Origin: Armatimonadota bacterium
GTDB taxonomy: Bacteria > Armatimonadota > SYMT01
Length of the DNA: 64,000 bases
Direction of reading: 5' to 3'
Assembly (NCBI GenBank): GCA_041690135.1
Contig: JAWLHY010000012.1
Span: 64,001-128,000, forward strand
Each line of letters opens with the position of its first letter. The stretch's first letter is position 1. Below are positions 29,942 through 40,319 of this stretch, in pieces. Below the pieces are notes generated by a model. The model did no database searches. It was not told where the DNA came from and was given only the letters and a program-made list of their open reading frames with translations. Made by a program: the position numbers and the translations under genes.

Positions 29942-31273
29942 CTAAGCCCCCAGCCGCTCGAAGAGCCAGGTCGGCACCTTCTCGGCGGAGACGCGCACCT
30001 GCTGCATGGTGTCGCGGTCCCGGATGGTGACGGTGCCGTCCTGGGCCGTCTGTCCGTCCACGGTGATGCAGTACGGCGTGCCGGCTTCGTCCTGGCGGCG
30101 GTAGCGGCGGCCGACCGCGCCCTTCTCGTCGTAGAAGACGTTGAAGTGCTTCCGCAGGTCGTTGTGGATCGCCATGGCGCGCTCCGGCATGCCGTCCTTC
30201 TTCACCAGCGGAAAGATGGCCGCCTTGATCGGCGCCAACCGCGGGTGGAGACGCAGCACGGTGCGGGTCTCGCCCTCGACCGTCTCCTCGGCGTAGCCTT
30301 CGCAGAGGAACACCAGGAACGTCCGCGTGGCGCCGGCCGCCGGTTCAATGACGTGCGGGATGAACTTCTCCTTCGTCTCGTCATCGAAGTAGGACATGTC
30401 CTTGCCGCTGAACTGCTGGTGCTGCTTGAGGTCATAGTCGCCGCGGTGGGCGATCCCCTCCAGCTCACCCCAGCCCCACGGGTAGAGATACTCGATGTCG
30501 CTGGTTCCCACAGAGTAGTGGGCGAGCTCCGCCTGCTCGTGCTCGCGGAGGCGCAGGTTTTCCCGCTTGATCCCCAGGTTCAGGTACCAGTTGAACCGCT
30601 CGTCCCGCCAGCGCTCGTACCACTCGCGGCTTTCGTTGGGGTGGCAGAAAAACTCGATCTCCATCAACTCGAACTCGCGCGAGCGGAAGATGAACTGGCG
30701 CGGCGTGATCTCATTGCGGAACGCCTTGCCGGCCTGCGCAATGCCGAACGGCAGCTTGATGCGCGAGGTGTCGAGGACGTTCTTGAAGTTCACGAACATG
30801 CCCTGAGCCGTCTCCGGGCGCAGGTAGATCTGGGCGGCGCCCTCTTCAACCGGCCCGACGAAGGTCCGGAACATCAGGTTGAACTTGCGCGCCTCCGTCA
30901 GGCTGCACTCCTCGAACTCACCCGGCCTCTTGGAGGGCTTGCGCGGGCACTGGGAGTCTTCGATCTGGTCGGCGCGGAACCGGGCCTTACAGGTGCGGCA
31001 GTCGATGAGCGGGTCGGTGAAGGCGTTCTCGTGCCCGCTGGCCTGCCACACGGTCCGGTTCATCAGGATGGCCGTGTCGATACCCACCACGTCGTCGCGC
31101 GAGGTCACGTTGTCGTGCCACCAGGCGTTGCGGAGGTTCCGCAGCATTTCGACTCCCAACGGACCGTAATCCCAGGTTCCGTTCAAACCACCGTAGATCT
31201 CCGAGCCGGGAAACACGAAGCCGCGGCGTTTGCACAGGGACACGATCTTTTCGAGGGTATTCTGTTCAGCCAT
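29942..31273 (-). CDS. glyQS: Glycine--tRNA ligase (alpha2 homodimeric type)
   Basis: KRRGFVFPGSEIYGG, YLRPETAQG, GKAFRNEITP, AHYS, ELEGIA and RYRRQDE. Confidence 0.97.
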   Translation of the reverse strand: MAEQNTLEKIVSLCKRRGFVFPGSEIYGGLNGTWDYGPLGVEMLRNLRNAWWHDNVTSRDDVVGIDTAILMNRTVWQASGHENAFTDPLIDCRTCKARFRADQIEDSQCPRKPSKRPGEFEECSLTEARKFNLMFRTFVGPVEEGAAQIYLRPETAQGMFVNFKNVLDTSRIKLPFGIAQAGKAFRNEITPRQFIFRSREFELMEIEFFCHPNESREWYERWRDERFNWYLNLGIKRENLRLREHEQAELAHYSVGTSDIEYLYPWGWGELEGIAHRGDYDLKQHQQFSGKDMSYFDDETKEKFIPHVIEPAAGATRTFLVFLCEGYAEETVEGETRTVLRLHPRLAPIKAAIFPLVKKDGMPERAMAIHNDLRKHFNVFYDEKGAVGRRYRRQDEAGTPYCITVDGQTAQDGTVTIRDRDTMQQVRVSAEKVPTWLFERLGA

Positions 31274-31486
31274 CTGGTGTTGCTCCATACGGGCGGGGCT
31301 GCTGAAGCTGGCTAGAGTGCTTCCCACCCCGCGCCGCCCTCTATGATAGCGCTGAACCGCCTCCAGGCATAGAGGTTGCGTTCCGGTGCAGGGAGGAGAA
31401 TGCCCGATGAATTGCTAATCGCATGCCTGGTCGTCCACGGTTCGGATGTCCAAGATACCCTCAACGCAGAAAGGGTTGTACTTCTT

Positions 31487-32104
31487 ATGTCTCGCTCGCA
31501 TCGGGGCTTCACCTTGATCGAACTCCTCGTGGTGATAGCGATCATCGCCATCCTCGCCGCCATCCTGTTCCCTGTGTTCGCGAAGGCCCGTGAATCGGCG
31601 CGCCAGGCGAGTTGCACCAGCAATGCACGGCAGTTGGCCACGGGTCTCATGATGTACGCGCAGGATTACGACGAACTTTTGCCGCGGGTGTACACCGCGA
31701 CGGGTGGTCCCACCGGCGGCTCGCGCGACTGGACCACCGACTCCACGCCCTATATCAAGAACACTCAGGTCTTCATCTGCCCCAGCAAGCGCACACAGTC
31801 CCGTGGTTTCGGCTACAATACCTGGCTCGCTACCTCGACCGGCCGCTCCCTGGCGGATATCCAGGAAGTGTCCCGGACCTGCATTTTCAGCGAAATTCGC
31901 CAGGCTGTCGACCGTTCCTGGCCCTGGGGTTTCTATCCGGCGGATACGCGCTTCGAGCCGGAAACCCGCCACAACGAGGGCCTGGTGATGGCGTTCTGCG
32001 ATGGTCACGTCAAATGGATCAATGGGAAGCACCGCGGGCTAACAGCTACGGCGGCCAACAACCTGAACGGCACCTGGTGGCTGCCGACTGCCACAAGCCC
32101 GTAG
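31487..32104 (+). CDS. Prepilin-type N-terminal methylation / DUF1559 / H-X9-DG protein
   Basis: [37 protein letters not shown] and [16 protein letters not shown]. Confidence 0.93.
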   Translation: MSRSHRGFTLIELLVVIAIIAILAAILFPVFAKARESARQASCTSNARQLATGLMMYAQDYDELLPRVYTATGGPTGGSRDWTTDSTPYIKNTQVFICPSKRTQSRGFGYNTWLATSTGRSLADIQEVSRTCIFSEIRQAVDRSWPWGFYPADTRFEPETRHNEGLVMAFCDGHVKWINGKHRGLTATAANNLNGTWWLPTATSP

Positions 32105-32153
32105 ACTCCGCTGCCAACCGACGGGATGTTCTGCCGGACAGCAGCGTTCCAGC

Positions 32154-32996
32154 TCAGGACCCTGGAAGCCAAGGTCTCCAGGGTCCGGGCCTCCATGGGG
32201 CACCGTCGATTCCCGACCAGAAGGCCTCGGCGACTCGACGGTCCAGCTCCTCCGCGAGAGCGGGATCTCCGACGTCGCGGTCTATGTGATTGAACACGCC
32301 GTCGGTCCCCACCTCCAGCGCCAGCCATCGACCGTCCGGAGCCGGGAGGAGGTCCACGCAGCCGAAGGAGTCAAGCAGCCCGGCGGCGGCGAGGGCCTGG
32401 CGCGCCACGGCTTCCGCTTCCGGGGGTGCTGTTCCCTCCACCTCATAACGGGCGCCGCGGGCGTGCGCTACCCAGGGCGAGGCCTGGACCCCGGGAGGAT
32501 AGCGGCGCGCGTTCCAGCCGAAGGTCTCCCCGGCGGCGGCGTAGAGGCGGTAGACCTCCGGTCGCTCCATCCGAATGAACTCCTGGAGCACGTAGGGCCG
32601 GGGCCACTCTTCCGAAACGGGCTGGTTGGCCGTGAGCCGCCGATGACCGCCCGCGCCGCAGCCGGTCGGCCATTTCAGCACCCACTCGCGCGAGGGCTCG
32701 TCCGTGAGGACGGCGCGCACCGCTTCCGGGGTCTCCAGGAGATGGGTCACCGGTGCCGTGACCTGCGCCTGGAGGAATGCTTCCGCCACCCGCCGCTTAT
32801 CCGCGGCAACCCGGATCGCTTCCCAGGGGATGAACAGGCGGCTGCCGTCGGGGGGTTCAACCCCTTCCCACCCGAGCAGGTAGCAATACTCGGCCGGTTC
32901 CGTCGAGATGGGAAGCCACAGCGCCTGGGAGAGCCGTTCGGCGTGCTCCTCGAAAGCCCAGGCTCCGGGTCCCGCATTCAAGATCACCGCCTGCAC
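32154..32996 (-). CDS. RimK-like ATP-grasp protein
   Basis: ADKR, VLKWPTG, VLQEFI, GCVDLL and LEV motifs. Confidence 0.75.
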   Translation of the reverse strand: MQAVILNAGPGAWAFEEHAERLSQALWLPISTEPAEYCYLLGWEGVEPPDGSRLFIPWEAIRVAADKRRVAEAFLQAQVTAPVTHLLETPEAVRAVLTDEPSREWVLKWPTGCGAGGHRRLTANQPVSEEWPRPYVLQEFIRMERPEVYRLYAAAGETFGWNARRYPPGVQASPWVAHARGARYEVEGTAPPEAEAVARQALAAAGLLDSFGCVDLLPAPDGRWLALEVGTDGVFNHIDRDVGDPALAEELDRRVAEAFWSGIDGAPWRPGPWRPWLPGS

Positions 32997-33085
32997 CGTC
33001 TTTGGATCTCCCCTTGAACTTAGCGGGCCGCGCGCTAGAAATGAAGGTGTTTACCTCTCCGCACCCTTGATAGCCGCAGCTCGCG

Positions 33086-34528
33086 TCACACCTGGCCGGC
33101 TATCCGCAGCGCGCCCTCCGCCGGCGATGCCTCCAGTGGAGCGACCAGGGGAAGGTGCACCGAAAAGAGGGTGCCTGAGTCCGGATGGCTGGCGGCCGTG
33201 ATGGAGCCTCCATGAGCTTCCGTAAGGCGGCGCGCGATCGCCAGGCCCAGCCCCACTCCACGACCGGCCCGGGAGGGGTCGGCTACGTAGAACTGTTCAA
33301 AGACCCGGGCCAGATCCTCTTCGGAAATCACCGAACCTTCGTTATGGACATGGATCGAGGCAAACCCGGAGATCTCCTCCGTTAAGATCAGAATCTCCGA
33401 CCCGGGCGCGGAATGCTTGATCGCGTTGTCGAGCAGGTTCATCAGCACCTGACAGAGGCGCTCCGGGTCGGCCATGAGCTGTAGGGAAGAACATTGGCTC
33501 ACCACGCGGAGCTCCCGCGCGAGTAGCCGGGACTCCAGGGCCGCTACAGCCCGGTCGATGACGCTGCACAGCTCCAGAGGCTGGCAATCGAGAATCACGA
33601 CTCCGGCTTCGAGGCGCCCGAGTTCCAGCAAGTCTTGAATCAGCTTGCCCAGCCGGCCGATCTCCTCCTGAGCAGAAAGCAGGAAGCGCTCGCGGAGCTC
33701 CGGTTCCTGCGCGGCCCCTCCGGAGAGAGCCTCCAGGGTTACGGAGACGTTACTCACGGGGGTCCGCAGTTCGTGGGCCACGTTAGCGAGAAAGACCCGG
33801 CGTTCCGCGTCGAGGACGGCCAGTTGCTGGCCCATGCGGGTCAACTCTCCGGCCAGCTCTCCCAGTTCATCGTTGCGCCGTACTTCCAACTTCTGGTCGA
33901 ATCGCCCCCTGCCGATCTCCACCGCGAAGTTACGCATAGCCCGAATCGGGCCTCCGATACTGCGGGACAACCAGACACTCGCCAGGCCACAGAGAATCAC
34001 CACTGTGCCGAGCGCGTAGAGCAGGGTGCGGAGCATGGACCACCACTGCTGCTGGTACTCCTCCAGCGTAACGGAAACCCGAAGGACGCCCAGGTTATGA
34101 CCCTCGTGACGCACGGGCTGCGCGTGATAAAAGTGGTCCCCCCGGGCAAAGATCCCCTCGGCGATGCCGGAAGCCGGGGTTCCCTGAAGCGCCTCCTGGA
34201 CCCCCGGCACCTCCCGCCAATCCGCGAGTTGCCGGTCGCGCTCCTCCGCGGAGCTCGTCAGCAGGCGGCCTTCCGGACTGATCAGGCGAATCTTGATACC
34301 GGGATGCAGGCTGTTCCGGCGGATGAGCATCGGGATCCGCTGGCGGTTTCCGGACACGAGCGTCTCGGCGAGACTGTCCCGTAAAGCCGTGGTACGGGCC
34401 GCCAGATCTCGTTCCATCGCCTCCGACACATAGGACTGGAACCTCCAGAGACTGTGCCCGCCCACCACGGCCACGCCCAGCCCCGCCAGAGCCAGGTACG
34501 AAGCCAGCAGTTTTCTCCGGATGTTCAT
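33086..34528 (-). CDS. Membrane sensor histidine kinase (HAMP-HisKA-HATPase)
   Basis: Two TM segments, AHELRTP, NLLDNAIKH and GVGLGLAI. Confidence 0.93.
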   Translation of the reverse strand: MNIRRKLLASYLALAGLGVAVVGGHSLWRFQSYVSEAMERDLAARTTALRDSLAETLVSGNRQRIPMLIRRNSLHPGIKIRLISPEGRLLTSSAEERDRQLADWREVPGVQEALQGTPASGIAEGIFARGDHFYHAQPVRHEGHNLGVLRVSVTLEEYQQQWWSMLRTLLYALGTVVILCGLASVWLSRSIGGPIRAMRNFAVEIGRGRFDQKLEVRRNDELGELAGELTRMGQQLAVLDAERRVFLANVAHELRTPVSNVSVTLEALSGGAAQEPELRERFLLSAQEEIGRLGKLIQDLLELGRLEAGVVILDCQPLELCSVIDRAVAALESRLLARELRVVSQCSSLQLMADPERLCQVLMNLLDNAIKHSAPGSEILILTEEISGFASIHVHNEGSVISEEDLARVFEQFYVADPSRAGRGVGLGLAIARRLTEAHGGSITAASHPDSGTLFSVHLPLVAPLEASPAEGALRIAGQV

Positions 34529-34552
34529 CGCCCCGTCCTGGATAGAACCTGT

Positions 34553-35344
34553 CTAGTTGAAGCGGAAACCGACCCCGCGCACCGTCACGATGTACCGCGG
34601 CTGCGCCGGGTCGCGCTCGACCTTGGCCCGCAGCCAGCGCATATGGACGTCCAGCGTCTTCGCTCCTCCCATGAAGTCATCACCCCACACGGTCGCGATC
34701 AGCTCTCCCCGCGAAAGCACCCGACCGCGGAACGACATCAGGGTTTGTAAGAGTTGGAACTCCTTGGGAGCGAGGCTAATGGGCTGTTGATCGACCGTTA
34801 CCTCATACCGGTCCAGATCCATCCGGATCCCGGAAACCTCCAGAATGCCGGTTCGGACGACCGGCAAAGGTTGTGCGGCATCTCGTCCCGACTCGCCCCG
34901 GTCCGGGTTCCTGTAGCCCGGGAACCTACCGACAGCCGGCGCGTTGGAAGCCCGCGGCGGGGCGGCAACTTCCCGCGCTCGCCGCTCGCCGCGCCGCAAC
35001 ACCGCCTCGATCCGTGCCAGTAGTTCTTGCGTGCTGAACGGCTTGGTCACGTAGTCGTCCGCCCCACCCGTAAGTCCAGCGACACGGTCCTCCACGCCCT
35101 CTCGCGCCGTAAGCATGATGATCGGCAGATCGGAATGGCGTCGGATGAGCCGGCACAGCTCCATCCCGTCCAGCCGGGGAAGCATCAGGTCGAGCAGCAG
35201 CAGATCGAACCGCTCGCCTTCCAGACGCTGCAAAGCGCTGATGCCGTCCGATGCTGTGGTCACCTCGTGCCCGGCACGCCTCAGGGAATAACCGAGACTG
35301 ACCAGCAAAGTCTCTTCATCATCAACCAGCAGCAGACGCGCCAC
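34553..35344 (-). CDS. OmpR/PhoB family response regulator
   Basis: LLVDDE, DLMLP, GADDYVTKPF and YIVTVRGVGFRF. GTG start at 35344 inferred. Confidence 0.93.
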   Translation of the reverse strand: MARLLLVDDEETLLVSLGYSLRRAGHEVTTASDGISALQRLEGERFDLLLLDLMLPRLDGMELCRLIRRHSDLPIIMLTAREGVEDRVAGLTGGADDYVTKPFSTQELLARIEAVLRRGERRAREVAAPPRASNAPAVGRFPGYRNPDRGESGRDAAQPLPVVRTGILEVSGIRMDLDRYEVTVDQQPISLAPKEFQLLQTLMSFRGRVLSRGELIATVWGDDFMGGAKTLDVHMRWLRAKVERDPAQPRYIVTVRGVGFRFN

Positions 35345-35596
35345 CCTGTTCTCCCGTAAGTTCCGGTTGCAGTAGGAAAGAAGCCGAACGGACGCCGGCG
35401 GCTCGACGGAGTCGTGCACCCACTCTACTGATACGGAAAACTGCATCGCTCGCTGCGCCCTGCAGCAAAGAAACTTACCCGGCGCCGCGGTTCGGTTAAG
35501 GTTGGACTAAGGTCCGAGAGGGGTAGGATTAACCTGTGCTATGGTATTGGGGGAGCGAGCCCCTCGTTTCCTATCTCACTTCCCTATCCAGCACCG

Positions 35597-36262
35597 ATGA
35601 CAACCGTGCCTATCGAAGCCGATCGATCCGTCCTCACCGAACTCGAGTCCGGCTCTCTCGCGGAACTGGCGCCCCGGGTGCCGTTCTGGAAAGGGATGCA
35701 GCTGGGCCTCCAGGGCCAACCCTGCGAACACCTGTACATCATTGCCCGCGGTCAGGTCCTCCTGAGCCGGAAGAACGCCAACGCAGATAGCTACGCCATG
35801 TACCTCCTCGGTCCCGGCGACCTCTTCGGAGAGGGCTCGTTGCAGCCGGATCGCCGCTGGTTAGTCACCGCGCGAGCCGTTACCGACGGCGCTGTACACA
35901 TGCTGCCGGCCGCCCACCTGCCGCGCCTGGCCCAGTACTATCCCCAGCTCACCGCCCACATAGTCCGGCTGCTGAGCGAGCGTCTGGAGCGAGCGCACCA
36001 GCGAGCGGACGTGGTCCGGACCAGTGGCGCCCGCGACCAGGTCCTGGCTCTCCTGCGCGCCCTGGCGGGTTACCACGGGCAGCGCCAGGGGGACGAGATC
36101 TGGGTCCCCGTCACCATCACCCAGGAAGAACTGGGCGAGATGATCGGTGTGAGTCGCGAGACTGTCGCGCGCGCCATCTCCGATCTGGAAAGCCAGGGAT
36201 ACCTCCGGCACCGGCGTCGAAGGGGGTTCTGGTTGCCGGTTTCTACGGAAGACTGGGACTGA
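35597..36262 (+). CDS. Crp/Fnr family transcriptional regulator
   Basis: GPGDLFGEGSL cNMP-binding fold and TQEELGEMIGVSRETVAR HTH. Confidence 0.92.
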   Translation: MTTVPIEADRSVLTELESGSLAELAPRVPFWKGMQLGLQGQPCEHLYIIARGQVLLSRKNANADSYAMYLLGPGDLFGEGSLQPDRRWLVTARAVTDGAVHMLPAAHLPRLAQYYPQLTAHIVRLLSERLERAHQRADVVRTSGARDQVLALLRALAGYHGQRQGDEIWVPVTITQEELGEMIGVSRETVARAISDLESQGYLRHRRRRGFWLPVSTEDWD

Positions 36263-36562
36263 ACTGCGGAGTCTGACTCCTTCCGCACCGGCCCAGGCGA
36301 AGGGATGAACGGAAGAATAGGAACAGCCGGCATCGCTGTTCTCCTGTTGTCCTGTCTTTCGGATTTCCGGGAGTCGCTTTCCAGGTCCGTCATGGAAGCT
36401 ATGGCTGTGACTCCCCTCACATCCCGTTATCGAGCGCTTGCTTTGCCGCGGTAGAGTACCAGCAAACCAGCCGCGCCGCGGATACCTTCTCAGTAGCTCT
36501 CCAGCTCTCCAGAAGGTACCGCGAACCTGCGGCGCCGGACGCATGAAAGGAGCTCGACGCCG

Positions 36563-37306
36563 ATGGCCAACCGTTGGCAGTGCCTACTTGCCGTTTCTGT
36601 TCTGGGAGTTCTCTGTGCCGGATCGGTGCAGGCCCAGTGGAAACTCGCCTTTGCCCCCCAACCCGCCGACTGGAAGCCGGGAGGCGAGGTCCGCGCGTAC
36701 GCTGGAGGCGAAGGGAGTGTCGTTCGCGAGTTCGTGTGGGGCCAGAAGCTGCAGCCGGGTAACGGGGTTATCCGCATCAAGGCGGTGGACCGGATCTGGC
36801 AAGAACAGCCCGGCCAACAGGATGAGCTCGGCGAGGTGGTCGCCCGTTTCACGGTTCCGGCGGAGAAGGCGGAGTACTATATCAAGTTCACGCGCCTCGC
36901 CGACCAGGGCTGGCGGCGACCGCCTGCGGGAGGGGTACTGACGAACCACGATATGTTCGGCAGTACCGAGATCGGCGGCCCCGGCATCTTCCCCAAGTTG
37001 CGCGCTCACGTGGCTGTGTGGGGTTACGCCAACGTGGTGAAGAACGGGAAGGTGATCGGCCGCGATCGCTACGCCCTCGCCTGGGTGGGGCAGGGCGCTC
37101 GCGGAGAAGACGGCAAGTGGCTTTATGAGCCGGATAAGGACAAGGTCGCGGCCCACCTCATCCTCTTCGGCACCCTCGGCCACGGGGAAGGCCTGGCCAA
37201 CACCCCGGACGGCTTCCTCCATTTCGAGTGGCCGGCTGCCAAGGTCGTAATGCCGGGCGGAACCCTGGATACCCTTCGGCCCGCCAACCAGACCGCATCC
37301 AGGTAG
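36563..37306 (+). CDS. Secreted hypothetical protein
   Basis: AAAGGAG SD, signal peptide ending VQAQ, host-like codon usage and a downstream terminator. Confidence 0.75.
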   Translation: MANRWQCLLAVSVLGVLCAGSVQAQWKLAFAPQPADWKPGGEVRAYAGGEGSVVREFVWGQKLQPGNGVIRIKAVDRIWQEQPGQQDELGEVVARFTVPAEKAEYYIKFTRLADQGWRRPPAGGVLTNHDMFGSTEIGGPGIFPKLRAHVAVWGYANVVKNGKVIGRDRYALAWVGQGARGEDGKWLYEPDKDKVAAHLILFGTLGHGEGLANTPDGFLHFEWPAAKVVMPGGTLDTLRPANQTASR

Positions 37307-37336
37307 CCCGCTTCAAAACTGACGCAGCACTAGCAG

Positions 37337-37378
37337 CCCCTGGGGTCTCCTTCTTCGAGAGAACCCAGGGGGTTTTTC
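37337..37378 (+). terminator. Rho-independent terminator
   Basis: CCCCTGGG..CCCAGGGG stem followed by TTTTT. Confidence 0.75.
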
Positions 37379-37583
37379 TATGCGGTGCTTCCTGGTGATA
37401 ACTCGGGTAGAGCTCCGCAAGCATTCTGGAGAATAAGTTTACCCAGTCCACCGGACGAGAACTCCGAGTTCCTACTCTCCATCCACTTTCAGACCATCCC
37501 TCGAGGTTCCTCGAGCACGTTCTGAACACGGTACTCCTTAGGGAAAACCAGACTTATATAGAGTCAAGCAGTACCAGTAGGGA

Positions 37584-37780
37584 TGTCGAAATGTCGAAAA
37601 CGGGTGCTCCGCGTGCCTGGACTCTCGCTCTTCCGTGCGTGAGGGTTTTGAACATGGGGGCTGTCGAAACCGACGGATTCCGGAAGGGTTGTTGAGAAGC
37701 GGGGTTTCGACAGCCCCTTTTGTCGAATTCGACAGGGTTTTGCACAGCCTGTCGAAAGTCATGTCGAATGTTCCGTCGAA
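37584..37780. repeat. Cluster of TGTCGAA sites in both orientations
   Basis: 8 exact copies plus 1 variant in ~200 bp. Includes a 15-bp perfect inverted repeat and the palindrome TGTCGAATTCGACA. Confidence 0.85.
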
Positions 37781-37798
37781 ACAGCCGGGCGTCCGGGT

Positions 37799-38560
37799 TC
37801 AGACGTAGACGTTGTGCCCTCCGCTCACCGGCAAGTAAGCGCCCGTGACGAAACCAGCCAGGTCGCTGCAGAAGAAGAGAACGGCGCCGGCGACATCGGC
37901 GGGCACGCCGTGCCGCCGAAGAGGGGTGTCCTGCGCCAGACGCTCCAGCGCCTCTTTGGGAGCTCCGGCGTGCCGCTCCACCGGTACCCAGCCTGGAGCG
38001 ACCAGGTTGGCGGTAATACCGTCCTTGCCCAGTTCCGTCGCCAGGGCGCGCGTGAGGCCCAGCATCGCCCCCTTGCCGGCCGCGTAGGCCGCGCTGCCGG
38101 GGAAGGGCCGGTTGAGGGCCACGGAGCCGATGTTGACGATCCGTCCCCAACCGGCGGCTTTCATGTCGGGGTAGGCCGCCTGCGTGGTGTGGTGGATCGC
38201 CCGCAGGTTGAGGTCCAGCATCCGCTGGTAGTCCTCCCACGCCAGCTCCGCCGGGTGCGCCAGGCGCTCCTCCCGGCCGGCGTTGTTGACCACGATGTTA
38301 ACCGGCCCCAGAGCTTCCCTCGCCTCCCGGAACAGCGACTTCATTTCCTCGGGATCGGAAACACTCCCGCGAAGCGCCACCGCCCGGCCACCGCCGGCGG
38401 AAATCTCGCCGGCTACACGTTCCGCCCCTTCCTGGTTGCGGTGGTAGTTCACCACCACGCCCGCGCCGGCCCGCGCCAGAAAGCGGGCTATCTCCGCGCC
38501 CAGGCCGCTTCCGGCGCCGGTGACCACGGCGTTCCGCCCCTGCAGGTCGATCGGTATCAT
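37799..38560 (-). CDS. SDR family oxidoreductase (FabG-like)
   Basis: TGAGSGLG, NNAG, YAAGK and NLVAPG. Confidence 0.93.
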   Translation of the reverse strand: MIPIDLQGRNAVVTGAGSGLGAEIARFLARAGAGVVVNYHRNQEGAERVAGEISAGGGRAVALRGSVSDPEEMKSLFREAREALGPVNIVVNNAGREERLAHPAELAWEDYQRMLDLNLRAIHHTTQAAYPDMKAAGWGRIVNIGSVALNRPFPGSAAYAAGKGAMLGLTRALATELGKDGITANLVAPGWVPVERHAGAPKEALERLAQDTPLRRHGVPADVAGAVLFFCSDLAGFVTGAYLPVSGGHNVYV

Positions 38561-39744
38561 CAGCCTTCTCCTTGATTCGGTGCGTGCGTGCGCGGTCCGT
38601 CGACCCGGTACCGCATCAGTGCTGCTTCATCCAGCTCCACCCCCAGTCCCGGCGCCGTGGGTAGGTCCACAGAGCCGTCCACGATCGGGATCGGCTGCTG
38701 GATCAGGTCGTCTTCCCGCAGGAAGTTCCCCACGGTATCTCCCGGCAGGGTGCAGTTCCCCGCGGCAAAGGAGGCGTGGAGGTAACTCATGTCGCGGATC
38801 CCCAGGTCCACGCCGCTCCCGTGCCAGCAGCGGATCCCGGCCTGTTCCGCCATCCAGGCCATCCTGACAAAATCCGCCATGGAGCCGTTGATGTTCAGGT
38901 AGTCTACAGCCTGTTTCCGGATAGCGCCGAGCACCGCATCCGGAGTAAAAACGTGGATCGCCACCGCCAGCGGCGACTTCTGCCGGAGCAGCACGTAGGC
39001 GTCCAGGTTCTCCCGCCAGGGGATGGGGTCTTCCAGCACCAGGATATTGAACCGCTCGAGTTGCCGGGCAAGCCGGAGCGCCTGGGCCGGCTCATAGAAG
39101 CGGCAGTTGGGATCGAGGGTGATGGTGAAGTCGGGAGCAGCCGCGGCGATGGCGGCTACTCGCTCCACAATCGGGTCATCCTCCCCGATCGCCGCCCACT
39201 GGCTGTGATCACCCGCGGCGGCCGTCCCGGCGGGGTTAGCGGCCACGCGGGGGGCATTCGGATTCGCGAGCGCCGCCTTGATCTTGATGCCGTGGAAGCC
39301 CTGCGCCCGGCCTTCCGCGGCCCGCCGTCCCGTATCCTTCGGGCTCTGGCGGCTGCCCCAGTAATCGACCCTCACCTGTCGCTGGCGCGCCCCACCCAGA
39401 AGCTGATAGGCCGGAACCTCCCAGGCCTTCCCCAGCAGGTCGAAAAGCGCCATTTCGAACGTGGTATACGAGGCGGTAGAAGGGAGCGGCAGCCGGTGGA
39501 GCGGCAGCGTGCGCGGATCCTGCCCCAGAAGGGCGTGAATGCCGGCCTCGATGGCGGCGCTGCTTTCCCCACGAACGCTCTCACCCAGCCCGTATAAACC
39601 GCCTTCCGCATGGATTCGGATGATCCACTTCGGCACGCGGTCGAACGTCGAAAGTCCGGGATCGTACCAGCGCCCCTCGCGCTCCAGCACGCCCGCGCGA
39701 CACGGGACCACGACCTGCCACTTCTCGATATGGGTGATTCTCAT
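38560..39744 (-). CDS. Mandelate racemase/muconate lactonizing enzyme family protein
   Basis: GLGE, KIK, LDPN, LEDP and PTAPGLGVELD motifs. Confidence 0.88.
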   Translation of the reverse strand: MRITHIEKWQVVVPCRAGVLEREGRWYDPGLSTFDRVPKWIIRIHAEGGLYGLGESVRGESSAAIEAGIHALLGQDPRTLPLHRLPLPSTASYTTFEMALFDLLGKAWEVPAYQLLGGARQRQVRVDYWGSRQSPKDTGRRAAEGRAQGFHGIKIKAALANPNAPRVAANPAGTAAAGDHSQWAAIGEDDPIVERVAAIAAAAPDFTITLDPNCRFYEPAQALRLARQLERFNILVLEDPIPWRENLDAYVLLRQKSPLAVAIHVFTPDAVLGAIRKQAVDYLNINGSMADFVRMAWMAEQAGIRCWHGSGVDLGIRDMSYLHASFAAGNCTLPGDTVGNFLREDDLIQQPIPIVDGSVDLPTAPGLGVELDEAALMRYRVDGPRTHAPNQGEG

Positions 39745-39818
39745 GGGTCGATCTCCGCTGTTTTAGGGACGGTGGTGCCGGGTAATCGGGGAGAGGTTTG
39801 GGAGGAGGAAGAGGAACG

Positions 39819-40091
39819 ATGCCGATTTTGAAGCGTCGCCTGGACATCTGCGGGCGAGAGAAAAACTGGGAGTATCTGGTGGAAGCCGTGGGCCAGCAGT
39901 ACCGGGTTACGGTACGCCAGTTGGGCCACCGAGATCCTTCATTTGCATGCAGCTGCGGGGCCTTTACCGATCCGGAGGAGCCGGCCAGTATGTTCTATCC
40001 GGATGCGTTCAATCAGCCCTGCAGCCACATCGCGGAGGCCCAGCGAGACCTGAACCTCGCGCGGCAGGCGGCGGCGCAAATGGTACCGTGA
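39819..40091 (+). CDS. Small SWIM zinc-finger protein
   Basis: Strong SD, and YRVTV..CSC-x21-CSH motif. Confidence 0.65.
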   Translation: MPILKRRLDICGREKNWEYLVEAVGQQYRVTVRQLGHRDPSFACSCGAFTDPEEPASMFYPDAFNQPCSHIAEAQRDLNLARQAAAQMVP

Positions 40092-40319
40092 TGGGCATTG
40101 GGCGTTCGGGCCCCCCTGTGGGGGGTAAACATTCGGGCGGTCAGGCTCTCGGGCAATGCACAAGATCGTCATGGCGAGGAGCGGTGAATTTGCAGCAACT
40201 TCTCAGTCCAGATGAGCCTCTCGCCCAAGTGGACAGCTACCTGAATCAGAACCCATCAGCGACGTGGCCAGCCCTCTGGTCAGGGTGGCCTTTGGCAGAC
40301 TCACAGGATCGGCTGCAGC

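Noticed and set aside
37584-37780. CRISPR array
   Set aside because: The repeats are only 7 bp, irregularly spaced and in both orientations. No cas genes are present.
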